Shown here one piece after another: positions 1 through 12,900 of a stretch of 64,000 nucleotides of DNA. The stretch's first letter is position 1; every line of letters starts with the position of its first letter. Both the position numbers and the translations under genes were made by a program. The stretch lies in assembly GCA_964188305.1 (NCBI GenBank), contig OZ076892.1; one strand, written 5' to 3'. The DNA comes from Podarcis bocagei (taxonomy: Eukaryota). The notes beneath the pieces were generated by a model. The model was not told the DNA's origin. It saw only the letters and a list, made by a program, of their open reading frames with translations, and did not search any database.

Positions 1-2124
1 CCAGCTGAAGTAGTGTGGCTTGCATCAGGCACCAAATTTAACTGGCACACACTGGCAAAGGAATAATCAGGAGCCTTACTGCATCCTCCCAATTATCCCT
101 TTGTGAGTGTGGTTCACATCTGGCACTCTTTGAAAAGGGGAGCTGGTGGGACTACTGCACCTTGAAAGAGTTGATCAGAAGGGAGGGGAAATATTTAGAA
201 CTTACCCTCAGAGAGCTTCAGCACTAAAACATTCCATGGACAAATTTGAAGAGTCATTGTCACAAGCGATGTACACAACATTTAGGCCCATTGCTTGCTA
301 TAGGCCAAAACCTGCAACCTGGGGGTGTCCGGGTGAAGGAGGCAGTGGAAATATCAAGCTCTAAGTTACTGTAAAAGGACCACAAAAACTGGAAGAACAC
401 GTCGTGCAGCAGGACCAGGGTGTGACTTGAGTCCTGCCCCACTGTGCCACACAGGTACATGGTCTCCATCACTTTGGAACGGCCACAGCCCAGTTAAAGT
501 AAAACTGAAACAGAATTCACAAGGGCAGGTAATGCTCTACTACGGCCCCTTTGCAGAGGCTACTGGAGCAACTCTGAGAGGATTTACTGGCTTTTTGGGC
601 TGAGGTATAAAAAGGGGTGTTGGCATTGCAAAGTGTGTCGATGTTAAATTTGGATGTGAAGTCACTGGTATTCTTTCCTTGAGCTGTATGCTCCCTTAAA
701 TGTTGATGTAGAAATTACTGGGTTGTTGTTGTTTTTAGCAATGTAGCTAAATTATACTTTTCATTATGTTATTGTATTACTTATTTAGACTTTGCTTTTA
801 TGTTAACTGTTTTTGAATGTTTTTACACGAAGCACTTTCAGCATTGAGGTAGTTGTGGAAAATGTGGCGTGTAAATAACCTGACTATGACTTCTTTTGGC
901 AAATGAACTTTTCCCCACCCCCTGCATGACAACCGGCTCCTTGGTTAAAGATAGAGAAGTCCAATCCTTCAATGCATTCAGGCCCCTTAGTACTGGAAAG
1001 GCACTTTCCAAGGCATGTGTGCAATAGAAAAGGCAAAGGAAGCCAATGTGTACTTTAATATTTGTGGAGAACAGGGATTTTTCACAGGTCATGCAAGGAG
1101 TCACCCTAGTTCAAAAATGAGAAGCTTGAGTTCTGGCATTCCCTGATGGATCTTCCCAGTCTTGGAGGAAACAGTTTGGCCTCTGGGCTTGAGAAGGAGC
1201 CATTTAAGGCAAGGGTGCAGATGTTGCTGAACTAAAACTCCCATCAGCCCCCATCAGCATGGCCAAGGGACAGGGTTGATGAGAGTTGCTAGGGATTCAA
1301 TCTGGGACCCTTTGAGTCACAGTCCCTCCCTCAATGCATTCATACAACCACTTGATATAAGGCAGGTACCGCTTTTAATCCTGAGGTAACCTTTCTTTCT
1401 TCACCAATTTCTTCAGACCTTTTCACGTGACGCCTTCACAAACTAGGTGGTTGTCATTCATCACACACCTGCATGACCGTGTGAATGCATTGGCAGATAC
1501 AAAAAACAGATTCTAGCCAATGTTATGTTCTTGATGAGGTGTGGGTTTCACCCTCGGCATTTCCCAAATACAGCAATATGGCTGTGTGATACTTCAATGA
1601 GCAGTATAGGTTAGGACGGCCATTCTGGATTATAACATACCTAAATCACACTGTTTAATGTGACCCTTTCTGGATTATTTTTCAATGTGAAATCAATCCA
1701 GATCTCATTTTTGGACCATGGTCACCAAATTTCAACAGGTGTCTGAATTACAATCCAACATATCCTAGCCTTGCCAACTTTGAGCAACATTGTGTGGTTC
1801 ATGTTAGGGTTTCACTGTGTAAAACCAAACCAGAAATGGCTGTGTGAACTAGCTATAAACCTTGAAGCACTGTAGGCAGGAACGTATGTGCCCCCCTGTT
1901 CTGCAGCCACATAGGACATCTGCAGAAATTGTGGGCACAGATTTTGGCATTCAGATAATCTTAACATTCATCTGTTTTAAAAAATGCAACTTTCTGGACC
2001 GTTTTGCTGCAAAGACAGAATTGAAAGTACTTGATGAAATCTCAGAAGCTCCGAAGCTCTATAGATAGCATAGAAGGGAATGCTTTCAGGTTGTGAGGCA
2101 TACATGAAAAAGACTTGGTTACAG

Positions 2125-2187
2125 AATAACAGAACTGTAAAGTTGAAAGGGACCCAAGGGTCATCTAGTCCAACCCCCTGCAATGCA
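2125..2187 (-). mobile_element. Isolated SINE/CR1 3' tail
   Basis: gttgaaagggacccaagggtcatctagtccaaccccctgcaatgca is the reverse complement of the shared tail. Confidence 0.75.
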
Positions 2188-3209
2188 CTATATGTGAGCG
2201 AAACTGGAAGGATACCTCTATTCCACCTTGCTTGTGCGTTTATAGCTCTCTGCATTTACACTCCTCTTCTGGCTGTCCACATTTCTGTCCTCATCTTTTT
2301 TCATACTCATCTGCTTCTTCACATACACACAGAGTCCTTGTTGTCAGCACATTTTTACTATTTGCACTTTCACACTTGTCTCTCCTTTTGCAACAGCAAA
2401 CACTGTTTGTTCTCCTTAAATTCTGCCTTAAACACACATGTGTCATACATGCCTTAAGTCAAATAAACCTTCCTCAACACACTAGTGCTAGTTTCCAGTT
2501 TCCCAAAGCACTCAGATCTTCACCAGCTCCAGCCTCCCTACACATGCAGAACCATGTGTGCAGAGAAATCAGCAGCCGTGGGGATGGTCTTTAAAAATGT
2601 GTGTAGCTGGGACAGAAGGGAATGTTTTGATTTTGCTATCATCTTTTTTTCCCGTTTGCTCTACTCCGAGTGCGCTCCCACTGCTGGTTTGGGAAATGGT
2701 TGTACACACAACATTAGCCAAAATCCATATCTCTCCTGTCGTTTCTTATGAAATACTGCGTTTTGATGTGTTTTCCCCCCAAAGCAGCTTCAATCTGAAT
2801 AGAGAAAAAGAACCACTTAGCGGAATTTTTAACTGGTAATGTGTACACAGCCTGGGATAGCTCTTTCCTATGTGGTCTTATTTGGTTGTTGTTTTCCTTT
2901 TAAAATACTCCTCCTCTTGCTTTTTTCGTCCTTTGATATCTCTTTTGTTTTTATAAATCTTAAAAAATAAATAAGGGAGAAAGCAAATCACCACATTTGT
3001 ATGAATGCCTTTTTAAAAAGAATATTCTTGTCTCCCTCCCATCTGTGCCTTGCCAACAATTACAGCAGAAGCATTTGGACCATTTTTAATTTCTGTGTGG
3101 CACTTCATTTATTTTATGCACTATAAATAACTGATTGCAAGGAAATGAACTCTGTGAGCGTATTTGCAGCTGTAGTTGTGGGATGCGTGTGGAGGGGTAA
3201 TTTTAAAAA

Positions 3210-3454
3210 GGGCTTGTCCACACAGGACCAAAATGTGGATTTGCACCTGCCTCTCTCCCCATTAATGTTGGGGCATCCACATGACATCCTTCCCATCCCA
3301 GTGCTGTCCTGGACATTTCCCTTTTAAATTGTTGGGTCCCCCCCCATTCTTCAAAATTCCAAAAAGCCCAGAACTGAAAGACCCTGCACTTAAAGGAGGA
3401 AAGGTCCAGGACAACAAGACAGGATCCACATTTTCCTTCGGTGTGGATAATCCC
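3210..3454. mobile_element. Second, internally deleted copy of the GGGCTTGTCCACAC MITE
   Basis: gggcttgtccacac...gtgtggataatccc; shares tctccccattaatg and ttcccttttaaattg with the 7413 copy. Confidence 0.7.
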
Positions 3455-3840
3455 CTGGTCTAATCAGAGCCAAAGCTCAGCACTCTTGTTTCAATGCCTA
3501 GGCTCAGTAATGTAGCTTGATTCTGATCATGTGCAAAGTGCCTGTTCTAGCACCGCTAAAAAAGCCCGAAGCTCCCTCTAAATATCTGAATTTAGAGGGC
3601 AGGGATTCAATAAATCAGACACACCAAGCAAATCCCATGCCCATGGTAACAACATGCCAAAGGCCCAGGTAGTCCACAGTGGGTCAGGGAGAAATCATGG
3701 ACTCAGGGCAGGAAGCAAAGTCCATGCAGCAGAATCCTGTGCAAACCCTCTTGCTCCGTAATCCTGCTTTCTTCCTTTCATTGCTTCACATGCTTTCAGT
3801 TATGTGCCAATGCTGTGCCCTTGTCTAAACAAGGTCCTTC

Positions 3841-4100
3841 ATGGCTTAGTTGGTTAGAGCAGTGTTTCCCAACCTTGGGCCTCCAGCTGTTTTTGGACTA
3901 CAACTCCCATCATCCGTAGCTAGCAAGACCAGTGGTCAGGGATGATGGGAATTGTAGTTCAAAAACAGCTGGAGGCCCAAGGTTGGGAAACACTGGGTTA
4001 GAGCATGGTGCCGATAATGCCAAGGTTGCAGATTGATCCCCATATGGGATAGCTGCATATTTCTGCATTGCAGGGGGTTGGATTAGATGATCCTCAGGGT
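3841..4100 (+). mobile_element. tRNA-Ile-derived SINE with CR1-like tail (interrupted by MITE)
   Basis: gcttagttggttagag[MITE]catggtgccgataatgccaaggttgcag..gatcccc resembles tRNA-Ile; tail ctgcattgcagggggttggattagatgatcctcagggtcccttccaactcta. Confidence 0.85.
3860..3995. mobile_element. 136-bp hAT-type MITE inserted in a tRNA SINE
   Basis: TIR cagtgtttcccaacctt/aaggttgggaaacactg; 8-bp TSD ggttagag at 3852-3859 and 3996-4003. Confidence 0.92.
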
Positions 4101-5316
4101 CCCTTCCAACTCTACCATTTTAAATGCTCAGTATCTAACATCACTTTTTTCAAAAGGGGGAAAGGATCCTGCTTACTCATTCAGGCATACATTTGTGCTG
4201 ATGTTTGTAATGGAAGCTTGGGGTGCTTACTTTTGATTAGCTCTGCTAGCAGGTTTGAAAATGCAGGAAACTCCCTTATGAAGATGTGCTACAAACATGA
4301 TGAAACTTTATTTAGATGCAGGCAGAAATGGGCCATGAAAGACAATTTAAACTGAATGTTTGTGCGAGCGTGTGTAGGAAAGGGGGGGGGGACACAAGCC
4401 TTTTCAGCTTGTGAAGTTCATTTTGATTATTTATACTTTCTCCTGCAATTAAAAAGTATCATCAAGCTGAACTGAAGCGTCTGTGAAATAGAGAGACATA
4501 CACACAGAGAGAGAATGTTTGCCAGTTAGTATTCAAGTGTAAAAGTGTGTTTTGAGCAGATTTATGGGGAGAAAAACTAGGGTGAAAAAGCCCAGAAATA
4601 AAATTATAAGGCACAAGCATGTGAGATGAAGCATTGATTCATGTTCAGGATGACGTGTACACAAACGAGTAGGTGCACATGATGGTGGAGTTAAACATGA
4701 AAGAATATAAGATAATGAATAGGGAGTGTGGCTTAATAAATATGCCTGCATGTGAAAGTAGAAGCACGCATCAGAACTGATTCACGCAACTGCTTTATTG
4801 CTCATTTGCGATGTGGGAAGCCAAAGCGAGCTCCCTTTGCTACATGACGGAGCGTGCTTATGGGAATCTTTCAACACCCATTTCAACAACTCAGTCTCTG
4901 GATCACTTGGAACTTTTCTAAGGATGAAGGAGAGGTGATCTGGAGATGGGGTTGCAATAATCACACAATCCTCTCGTCCTGCTGAGAAGTCAGATGGGCT
5001 TCTAATCACAAATTAGCCAAAAATGGTTGCATCGGCCCACGTTATGTATCCGGGATTGTGAGAGAGTAGCTACCACAGAACACCTCCTCTGTATGTGCAT
5101 GGTGTACAACTGCACACTTGAGTATTTCCCTTCACCTTCCACTCACATCTCCAGATTTCTCCTTATGAAATATTTCAGAAACTGTTCTAAGTGCCCACAA
5201 AGCTTCTGTTCCCTTTTGTCACCCCCAGTCTGGGACACAAGTCGTGATCCAGCACCTGAATCCCAATACATGGTCCAGCACGATAAACCATCAGTTAAAC
5301 TATATATAATTCTCAC

Positions 5317-5356
5317 TCGGACTGCGATCAGGACAGAACAACGCCTGGCAATACAT
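5317..5356 (-). CDS. Candidate proximal alternative first coding exon (MYCQALFCPDRSP, phase 1)
   Basis: CCACCATG start at 5356, in-frame upstream stop at 5395-5393, 40 nt to donor CGA|GTGAGA (ctcac 5312-5316); lies downstream on the minus strand of the CpG-rich patch at 5880-6250. Confidence 0.35.
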
Positions 5357-5879
5357 GGTGGGGGGAGGTGGTACATATACTGGGACTTTTCCTCAATTTT
5401 GATATGGGTTTTGTACACTGGGAATTATTCCCAGACACCAAACCCATGCTCACGCCACCCCCAATATCACTGAGAATCACATTTAACCCATAAGCGTACA
5501 TCGAAAGGGTGAAAAAGAAATCCTGTCCTCTTTGCCTCTCTTTAACGGTCCTGGCTGCAAGAAAGGAGGGATATCTAATCTGTGTTAAGGGGTAACTAAT
5601 CCATGTTAAGGGGTCTGGAGTATGCCCCCTATGATAAGGGAAATTTGAGAAACGGGTGTGTACAGGGGGGGAGCTTCCGATGAACAATGGTCCCCTTCAA
5701 CAAACTACAAAGAAAAGAAAGGGTGGGGGACAGGGGGCAGAAAGGGAGAGGAATAGGGGACACTGGAATTTGCAGTGAGATATTATTTTGGAGGGATAAA
5801 ACTGAAGCAGGGATGATAAATAGGATTAATATGATGGGGTGTGGGGAACCAGCCCCCAAGCTGCAGCATCCCTTCCCAT

Positions 5880-6250
5880 CCCCCAGCGGCTGCGCTTTGT
5901 TGGGGGGGGGCATCCGTCAGCCCAAGCGCCTGACAATGAAAATGGTTTCGAGCCACGGCTGCCGATCGATACTGTGCAGGGGGAGAGAGGGGGGCTGGAG
6001 CTACGGCAGGGCCAGGCCTCTCGCTCACTCGCTGGCTCTCTCGCCCTCCCCCCCACCTTTTCCACCCGACGATTTCTCCCTTCTCCTCGCTTCAGACGCA
6101 TTTCATTTTCTTTCCTATTCCATTCCCTGGTTTCTGCGTTGCAGCAGACTGGGGGGTGGTGGAATGGTGGGGGGGGGCAGGTGACATCCCCACCCTGTCT
6201 AGTCTCTCTCTCTTTCTCCTCTCCCTCTCTCTGTGTCACGATTTCGCAGT
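5880..6250 (-). promoter_or_regulatory. CpG-rich candidate proximal promoter
   Basis: Local CpG enrichment and GA/CT-rich tracts upstream of the 5356 candidate exon. Confidence 0.4.
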
Positions 6251-6940
6251 TCTCAGCATGCCTTGGCAAAGCTATAATAGTAATAATAATTTTTTTCAAC
6301 AAAAAAAAGCAATAACAGCAGCAAAACCTGGGGGAACAGCTGGACTTATTTCCTTCTCCCCCCCCCCCACCCTACACCATTAAACTAAAACCTGGACCAA
6401 GAACCAAGAAGTGACCAAAATCCCTTCTCTCTGGCCTCCAGAAGCCACTTACAAAGAGGCAGGTACCTCCACCGCCATCCTCAGTGGTGCAGGTGGGAGG
6501 AAGACTCCCTGCCAAGGTCACACAAATACAATGGCTGAGCTGGAAGCAGCGGCACAAGTCCTAATTCCCACCCCTCTCTCTAGCCCCACACTGTGCCACA
6601 AACCCATGGGTTTAGCTAGTCCACTGAAGACCCCATTCGCTCTCCTAGAGGTGGGAACAGCCCCCAAAGGTCAAGAGCTGAATCCCTGTCTTAGACAGGG
6701 ACTAGGCCAAGTTCTGCTTCCTTAGCAAACCCACCCGGCTTACCACAGTGTTCTCCACCAGTCGTATTTGCCCAGGAGTCTGATGCTGTCTCTTCTTCCC
6801 TAAATCCCCTTTTCCATCTTCCTACGTATCTGATCTTGGGCACCTTTATCTCCTTCTCCATCTCCCATTCCCCTAATGCCTAGTGCTACATGTATTCCTC
6901 TGCCTTCAACTACACACCTCCTCTCTCTATATAAACCCAC

Positions 6941-6984
<44 letters not shown>
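6941..6984 (+). repeat. (TTTC)n microsatellite
   Basis: Seen directly. Confidence 0.95.
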
Positions 6985-6986
<2 letters not shown>

Positions 6987-7412
6987 CTCCACATTCCACC
7001 TTCTGCCTCCCTTTGTCTTCAAAGCATTTCCCTAAGTCCATGTCTTTCCACTTGAGTCTTCCCTATACCCCGTCCTCACAAGACATCAGCCAGCCCTCAA
7101 ACTCACCTCCTGCCCTTCCCAACTAGTGTGGCTGTGTGTACACATTACATGCTTGAAAGGCTGCTCTTTGTCTCAATTCGGATCAAAGCCGGATTGGGAG
7201 GAAACGCATCAAAATGCAGTCTTTCATGAGAATCGGCAGAATAAATATGGATTGTGTCTAACATTGCGCATATACCACTTCCCAAACCAGCGGGGGGGGG
7301 GGAGGTGTCACTGGATGAAGAGTAAATAGGAGGGTATGCACAGACTGTATTGGTGCACACAGTATTCCCATCCTCACCAACAACCTTGTGAGGCAGCTTA
7401 AGCTCAGAGAGA

Positions 7413-7733
7413 GGGCTTGTCCACACCGCAACGATATGTGAATTTGTGACTGTCTCCCCATTAATGCAAGGGCGCAGTCACATGACATTCTCCCCATGCC
7501 AGTGTTTCTCACACCTTTCCCTTTTAAATTGCTGGGTGTTCTTTTGCAATCCTTAGAAAGTCTAAAATACCCAAGAACAACAAAAAAAAACCAAACCTGA
7601 ATTTAAAGGGGTGGGGGAAGGTCCTGCACAACATTAGGGTGGGGAGGACATAATGTTGGACACCCGCCAACATTAATAAGGAGACAGGTAGGTGCAAATG
7701 CACATTCCACTCTTGTGTAGTATGGACAAGCCC
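7413..7733. mobile_element. Palindromic MITE (PIF/Harbinger-like), TIR GGGCTTGTCCAYAC
   Basis: gggcttgtccacac...gtatggacaagccc; internally similar to the copy at 3210. Confidence 0.7.
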
Positions 7734-8479
7734 ATAGAATCTTGCCCCCTTCCAAAGAGTTTTGTGGCCGAGTAGGCATTTGAGCTTGGGTTTCCCACAT
7801 CCAAATCCACTACACCACATTGGTTTACTCTACAGTAGGTTGAAAGCTCTGTACTGTGCAGCAAGAGTGAGCAGAAGATAAATTGGGATCTACTGACAGG
7901 CTTTTCGCAGTAGAGCAGCAAGTGTTTCTGGCTCCCAGTTATTTAACAAGAGCAACAACAAAATGAGCCCCCCTTCCCACAGTTGAACTGCTGAAATGAA
8001 CAAAGCTTGGGGTCACTAGGAACAGATTTTTGTGTGGAGGGACTGTGAGTTCAGCTCAGTTCTGAAACTCAAAACGAATCCATTAGCTCGGCCGTTGTTC
8101 AGAGGCACCATGTTCTTTAATTCTACATCTTCTGCACCTGGTTGCAAAAGGTGGGTTTGCGGCTGCTAGTAAAACGCAAAGTAGATCCCATACTGTAAGT
8201 CTAAGGCCTGCCCTTCCCTGTTGTCCAGCACCCAGGACATACTGCAGCAGAATTAATATTAATGTCAGCTGCCCACCTTCTGCTTTTGCCCACCCACCCT
8301 GGGCCTCAAACCTCTCCCCGAAAGAATTTTGCAATCACAATGGCAGGCTGTTCACAACACTGGAGCCAGAAGACAGAATGTGTCGTTTGGGGAAAAGGTG
8401 GCTTCCTCTCTGTTGCCTATTGTGGGTTCAGGTGTTACCCCTAAAACAGGCTCACAACAACATGATCTCAAGCAAGCAC

Positions 8480-8580
8480 CTCTTCTCTCAATTTCGTTTC
8501 CCAGCTGTAAAATGGGAAGAGCGGCAACCCATCTTGCAGGGTTGTTGATGTGCAGATCACAAAGGCTGCAAAGTACTTTA
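8480..8580 (+). mobile_element. Ancient MIR/CORE-SINE remnant
   Basis: tttcccagctgtaaaatggg...cttgcagggttgttg resembles the MIR core. Confidence 0.5.
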
Positions 8581-8841
8581 CAAATCGTATCACAGCCACC
8601 AGTCACTTCCTTCTTTTCAGCCCGGGACAAAACACAGCAGAAAAGGAAAGATGGAGACACAGGAACCATGGGAAACCGAGGTGGGTCCAGTAGCGCCATC
8701 AGAGGCAGAAGTGCACAGGAGTACCTACAGATGCAGCAGGGTCTGCTTGCCACGTATCAAAGTAAGTGAAGCATTACCAGCTTAAGAAATCCCCCCGCCA
8801 TTATAGAAGAAGACCACAAAGTCCAAAGTCTAAAAATCCAA

Positions 8842-8990
8842 GCTGTAGCTCAGTGGCATCTACTTGGCCTACAGAAGGTCCCAGCCTCAATCTCTGGTGT
8901 CTCCAAATAGGGCTGAGATTGCCCCCTGCTTGAAACCCTGGAGAGCTGCTGCCAGTCAATGTAGACAATACTGAAGTCAGTGGGCCAATG
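8842..8990 (+). mobile_element. Squam3-like squamate tRNA SINE
   Basis: gctgtagctcagtgg...cagaaggtcccag...tgaaaccctggagagctgctgccagtcaatgtagacaatactga matches my recollection of the Squam3 consensus. Confidence 0.7.
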
Positions 8991-11710
8991 ACACCCATGG
9001 GACACCCATGGATTAGCATGGGGCCCGCAACCCATTGGGGCGTTCTCCAGCACAGCCTCATTTAAAGGAACAGGAGCTGTGTAAGAGGACTACTCACATT
9101 TTATTTCAGTTGGACCTAGGTGAGATAGCTTGCCAGAAGATTTCCCTGTCACTCTGCCACCTTTGGTGACTTCCCACATCTACCACCCAAGACAGCCACT
9201 TAATAGGGTTGTCCTCCCCTGAAGCCTGGGCCCGTTCCCCAAATTCTCCCCATGACCAGTCTCATCTGTAGGCACTCGTCACACAATGCACTCAAGAGGA
9301 GACACACCCTTGCACTGAAATGCATCTGTGCCCTGTTTTGCAAAGGACATAGAGACCTGGAGGGTGGGTGGCCATGCCAGCCAACGCATAAGTGTTTCTG
9401 CCAGTGGAGCATGTGCACCAAATTCCCTGTGTACATGTGATAGTGTGGTTTCTCTGTGCCAAGACGAGGACCTGCAAGGCGCTGGCCCTTGCTGGCTTTC
9501 GGCGACTGGGCCTCATGCTCCACCTCCTCCACACAATTTGCCCGATTGCCAGACCTGTCCGTCAGGCCCGCGTCGGCCGCTAGGAGCCATGCTGCGAGGT
9601 GGGGACGCTGCACCCTCAGGGGGTCGAGAGTAGGGTCGGGGGGGTCAAGGCAAACCCCCTCCTAAAACAAAGGGGGTAGTCCTATCTCTCCCCCCACCCC
9701 CCGTGCCAGAACAGGGAGATTTCCAATGTCTCTGTCTTGGGGTGGAAGGGGGGAAACACCACACCTGCTCTAACCACTAGGAGAACAACCCTCCACACAA
9801 AACCATATAAAGTGAACTCTAACTCATGTCAGACAGAACCTGGATACAACTCAGACCTTATATATGTGTGAGGAACAGATGCAGCAGGAAACAAACTTTC
9901 TGTCCTTGACTAGGGGGGAAGGCACACAACTCTCTGGGCTTATGGTTGCCATCTCCTCCTCACCCCTTGTCCTGGGTCTGCTCCCATGCCACTAAAAGCA
10001 GGCTGACACACAACACCCGCAGCTCTACCTAACACTCATCTCTATACCAAATGGAGCTTCACCTGATATATTTCAATGTATCAGGTTGCCATGAAATGCA
10101 CAGGAGTAGCAACCAGAAGAAAAGGTGGCAACCCTGCTCAGATCCACTTCCCATCCCAATGAACCAGCAGTTTCCCTTTGACTTTGGGCTGCGAGCAAAG
10201 CCCACCTGCCTAAACCTGCTAATTCCCATTCTCTGGATTTTCCAAGGCAAGCGCTGAACACCAGGTGCTCGGTGCTGACAGAAACTGACCCCCAACTGAC
10301 AATATGTGGGGAGAAAAGGGGGATATGAAAGCAGAGCTTTCAGGGAAAGCAGAGCAATAGCCTCCCAGCCATAGAGTCACTGCTGCTTAATGGGAGGGGG
10401 AAGCAAGAAGCAAAGTTGGGGCTCCCCCAGTGCTTCCACCTCCCTCCCCCCCCCCTCCCGCTGCCGGCTGCCCAAGATCCAGCCTTTTTTCTGAGGCTGG
10501 CAAGGAAGCAGCACCCCCCATCACTCCTGCTGGCGGCCAGGCCTGTCCTAGTAGAGCAGGCTCTGAGTTGCCAGTAATTAAAACCCTGTTAAACTTCATT
10601 AAGCAGCTCCACTTCCAACCTCATTAAATGATGATGAGGGGAGAGAGAGAGAGAGCGAGCAGGAAAGAGCGTGCGTAAATGTGATCACTCTCTAAACCTC
10701 AGCTTGATCAATCGCTTATCTGCTCTTTCTTTCTTTCTTTCTTCTTTCTTTCGTTCTTTCCATTTCATACCTGGGTCCTTTATTTTGTCCCCCTCTTAAT
10801 ACAGAAGCTAGGAACCCACATGATCTAGCCTCATTGTGTAATGTAAAGAGGATTAAAGCTTCACACAATAACTGAGTATAGGGTGTGTGTTTAAATAACA
10901 TGCTGTAGTCTAGAACAGGCATGGGCAGGATTGATTTTGGGGTTGGGGGGTTGCCTAGACCCCCGCCCCTAGTGTCGACCAAGCAAAGCCACCTGTGTGG
11001 TGGCAGCTCAGCGTCAGAGCCTCTTAATGATCCACATCACCCCTTACATCTCGTGCCTACAGAAGCAAAAACCTACATCTGAGCTACTAAAAAACAGAGA
11101 TTTTAACAGCCTGTTGGGTTTTGTTTTTTTAAGTATTTCTTCATTGTTTCTGAGTCATAAAGTGTTCCCAAATTACATCAGATAAGCCAATGATTTACCA
11201 TTAATGTCTGTAAGGGAGCATTTCAAAACTCCACAGTTCTTCACAGTGGCCCTCCCACCCACCACTCCCAACATACCAGCATGAAAACGTTCCAGCTCCA
11301 AGATTCTTAACCACAAAACTTCCCAAAGTGTCAGATTCCAAAGTTCTAAACTAGGAGTAGACAACCGGTGGGCCAGGAACTTAATCTGACCCCCTGAAGC
11401 TTTCCATCTGGCCCCCTTTGCCAACACAAAAGAGTGAGTCAGTAGCCCTCTTCAACCTGTTCAAAGGACACTGTGGGAATAAACTATGGAGGTCCTGGGC
11501 ACTGGCCCTGCCCTCAGTACTGCAAGGGTGGTGTGGCTTTGGCAGACCAGCACCAGGTTCATTTGCAGCAGACAACTGTAAAAGCAACTGGACCAGTCTT
11601 CCCTGTTTCTACCCCCATCCCCACTTACTACATACCCACCCACCCACCATGGGATTAGTTGCATGTTTGGCTGAATACACGAAGAAACCTTCTGGCAATC
11701 AGGAATCCTC

Positions 11711-12496
11711 TGTGGAGGATTCCCTGGTCCTGAATGGGGTAACTGTGCCCCTGAAGGACCAGGTGCGCAGCCTGGGAGTCATTTTGGACTCACAGCTGTC
11801 CATGGAGGCACAGGTCAAATCTGTGTCCAGGGCAGCTGTTTACCAGCTCCATCTGGTACGTAGGCTGAGACCCTATCTGCCTGCAGACTGTCTCGCCAGA
11901 GTGGTGCATGCTCTGGTTATCTCCCGCTTGGACTACTGCAATGCGCTCTACGTGGGGCTACCTTTGAAGGTGACGCGGAAACTACAACTAATCCAGAATG
12001 CGGCAGCTAGACTGGTGACTGGGAGCGGCCGCCGAGACCATATAACACCGGTCTTGAAAGACCTGCATTGGCTCCCAGTACGTTTCCGAGCACAATTCAA
12101 AGTGTTGGTGCTGACCTTTAAAGCCCTAAACGGCCTCGGTCCAGTATACCTGAAGGAGCGTCTCCACCCCCATCAGTCTGCCCGGACGCTGAGGTCCAGC
12201 GCCGAGGGCCTTCTGGCGGTTCCCTCACTGCGAGAAGCAAAGCTACAGGGAACCAGGCAGAGGGCCTTCTCGGTAGTGGCGCCCGCCCTGTGGAACGCCC
12301 TTCCAGCAGATGTCAAAGCGATAAACAACTATCTGACATTCAGGAGACATCTTAAGGCAGCCCTGTTCAGGGAAGTTTTTAACGTGTGACATTTTATTGT
12401 ATTTTTGGTTTTTATGGAAGCCGCCCAGAGTGGCTGGGGAGGCCCAGCCAGATGGGCGGGGTATAAATAATAAATTATTATTATTATTATTATTAT
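11711..12496 (+). mobile_element. Young 5'-truncated L2-clade LINE (ORF2 C-terminus + 3'UTR + (TTA)n tail)
   Basis: Translation VRSLGVILDSQLSM...SRLDYCNALYVGLP...LQLIQNAAARLV...HITPVLKDLHWLPV...RAFSVVAPALWNALP is typical L2 ORF2; uninterrupted to TGA at 12389; 3' stem-loop and (TTA)n tail. Confidence 0.95.
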
Positions 12497-12900
12497 CTGC
12501 ATGCAGGGTTCCCAAATCACAATCCTCACAAGAACAATTCTAAGCATATTCAGAAAAATGCATGAAGACTCTGGTGAGAGTAGAGCTGGAGAGCATAGCC
12601 CTACACACACCTTCCGTGGCTGATGCCCACATACACTCTTGCATGACTCAAGAATGCTACAAGATAGAGCCAGTGTGGTTGACCTTCAGCTTCCACGCCT
12701 TAATTCAAAATATATCCCCCTATTCAAAAAATAAACAAAAATAAGCCACTGAACATGTTTTTTAGACACAAAAATGTTCAAATCCAGCATTTCCAACTTC
12801 CAGGCCTTACATCCAAGGAGCTGTGGCTTAAGTTTACCCTTTCTTCACTAAGACCTTTTCAGCCTGAACTTTCCAGTGACACTCTGCCAATGTTCTATCC

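Noticed and set aside
6453-6478. ATG...TTT|GTAAGT mini-exon (MAVEVPAS)
   Set aside because: Phase 2, incompatible with the shared exon; at most a non-coding exon or uORF.
9540-9600. Ortholog of mammalian POU2F2 exon 1 (GCAGCATGGCTCC on minus)
   Set aside because: Only the start context resembles it; the peptide differs and the nearest GT (CAG|GTCTGG) is weak and phase 0.
11418-12389. 323-aa ORF as a host gene
   Set aside because: The C-terminal two thirds is L2 ORF2; the N-terminal part is chance read-through of flanking DNA.
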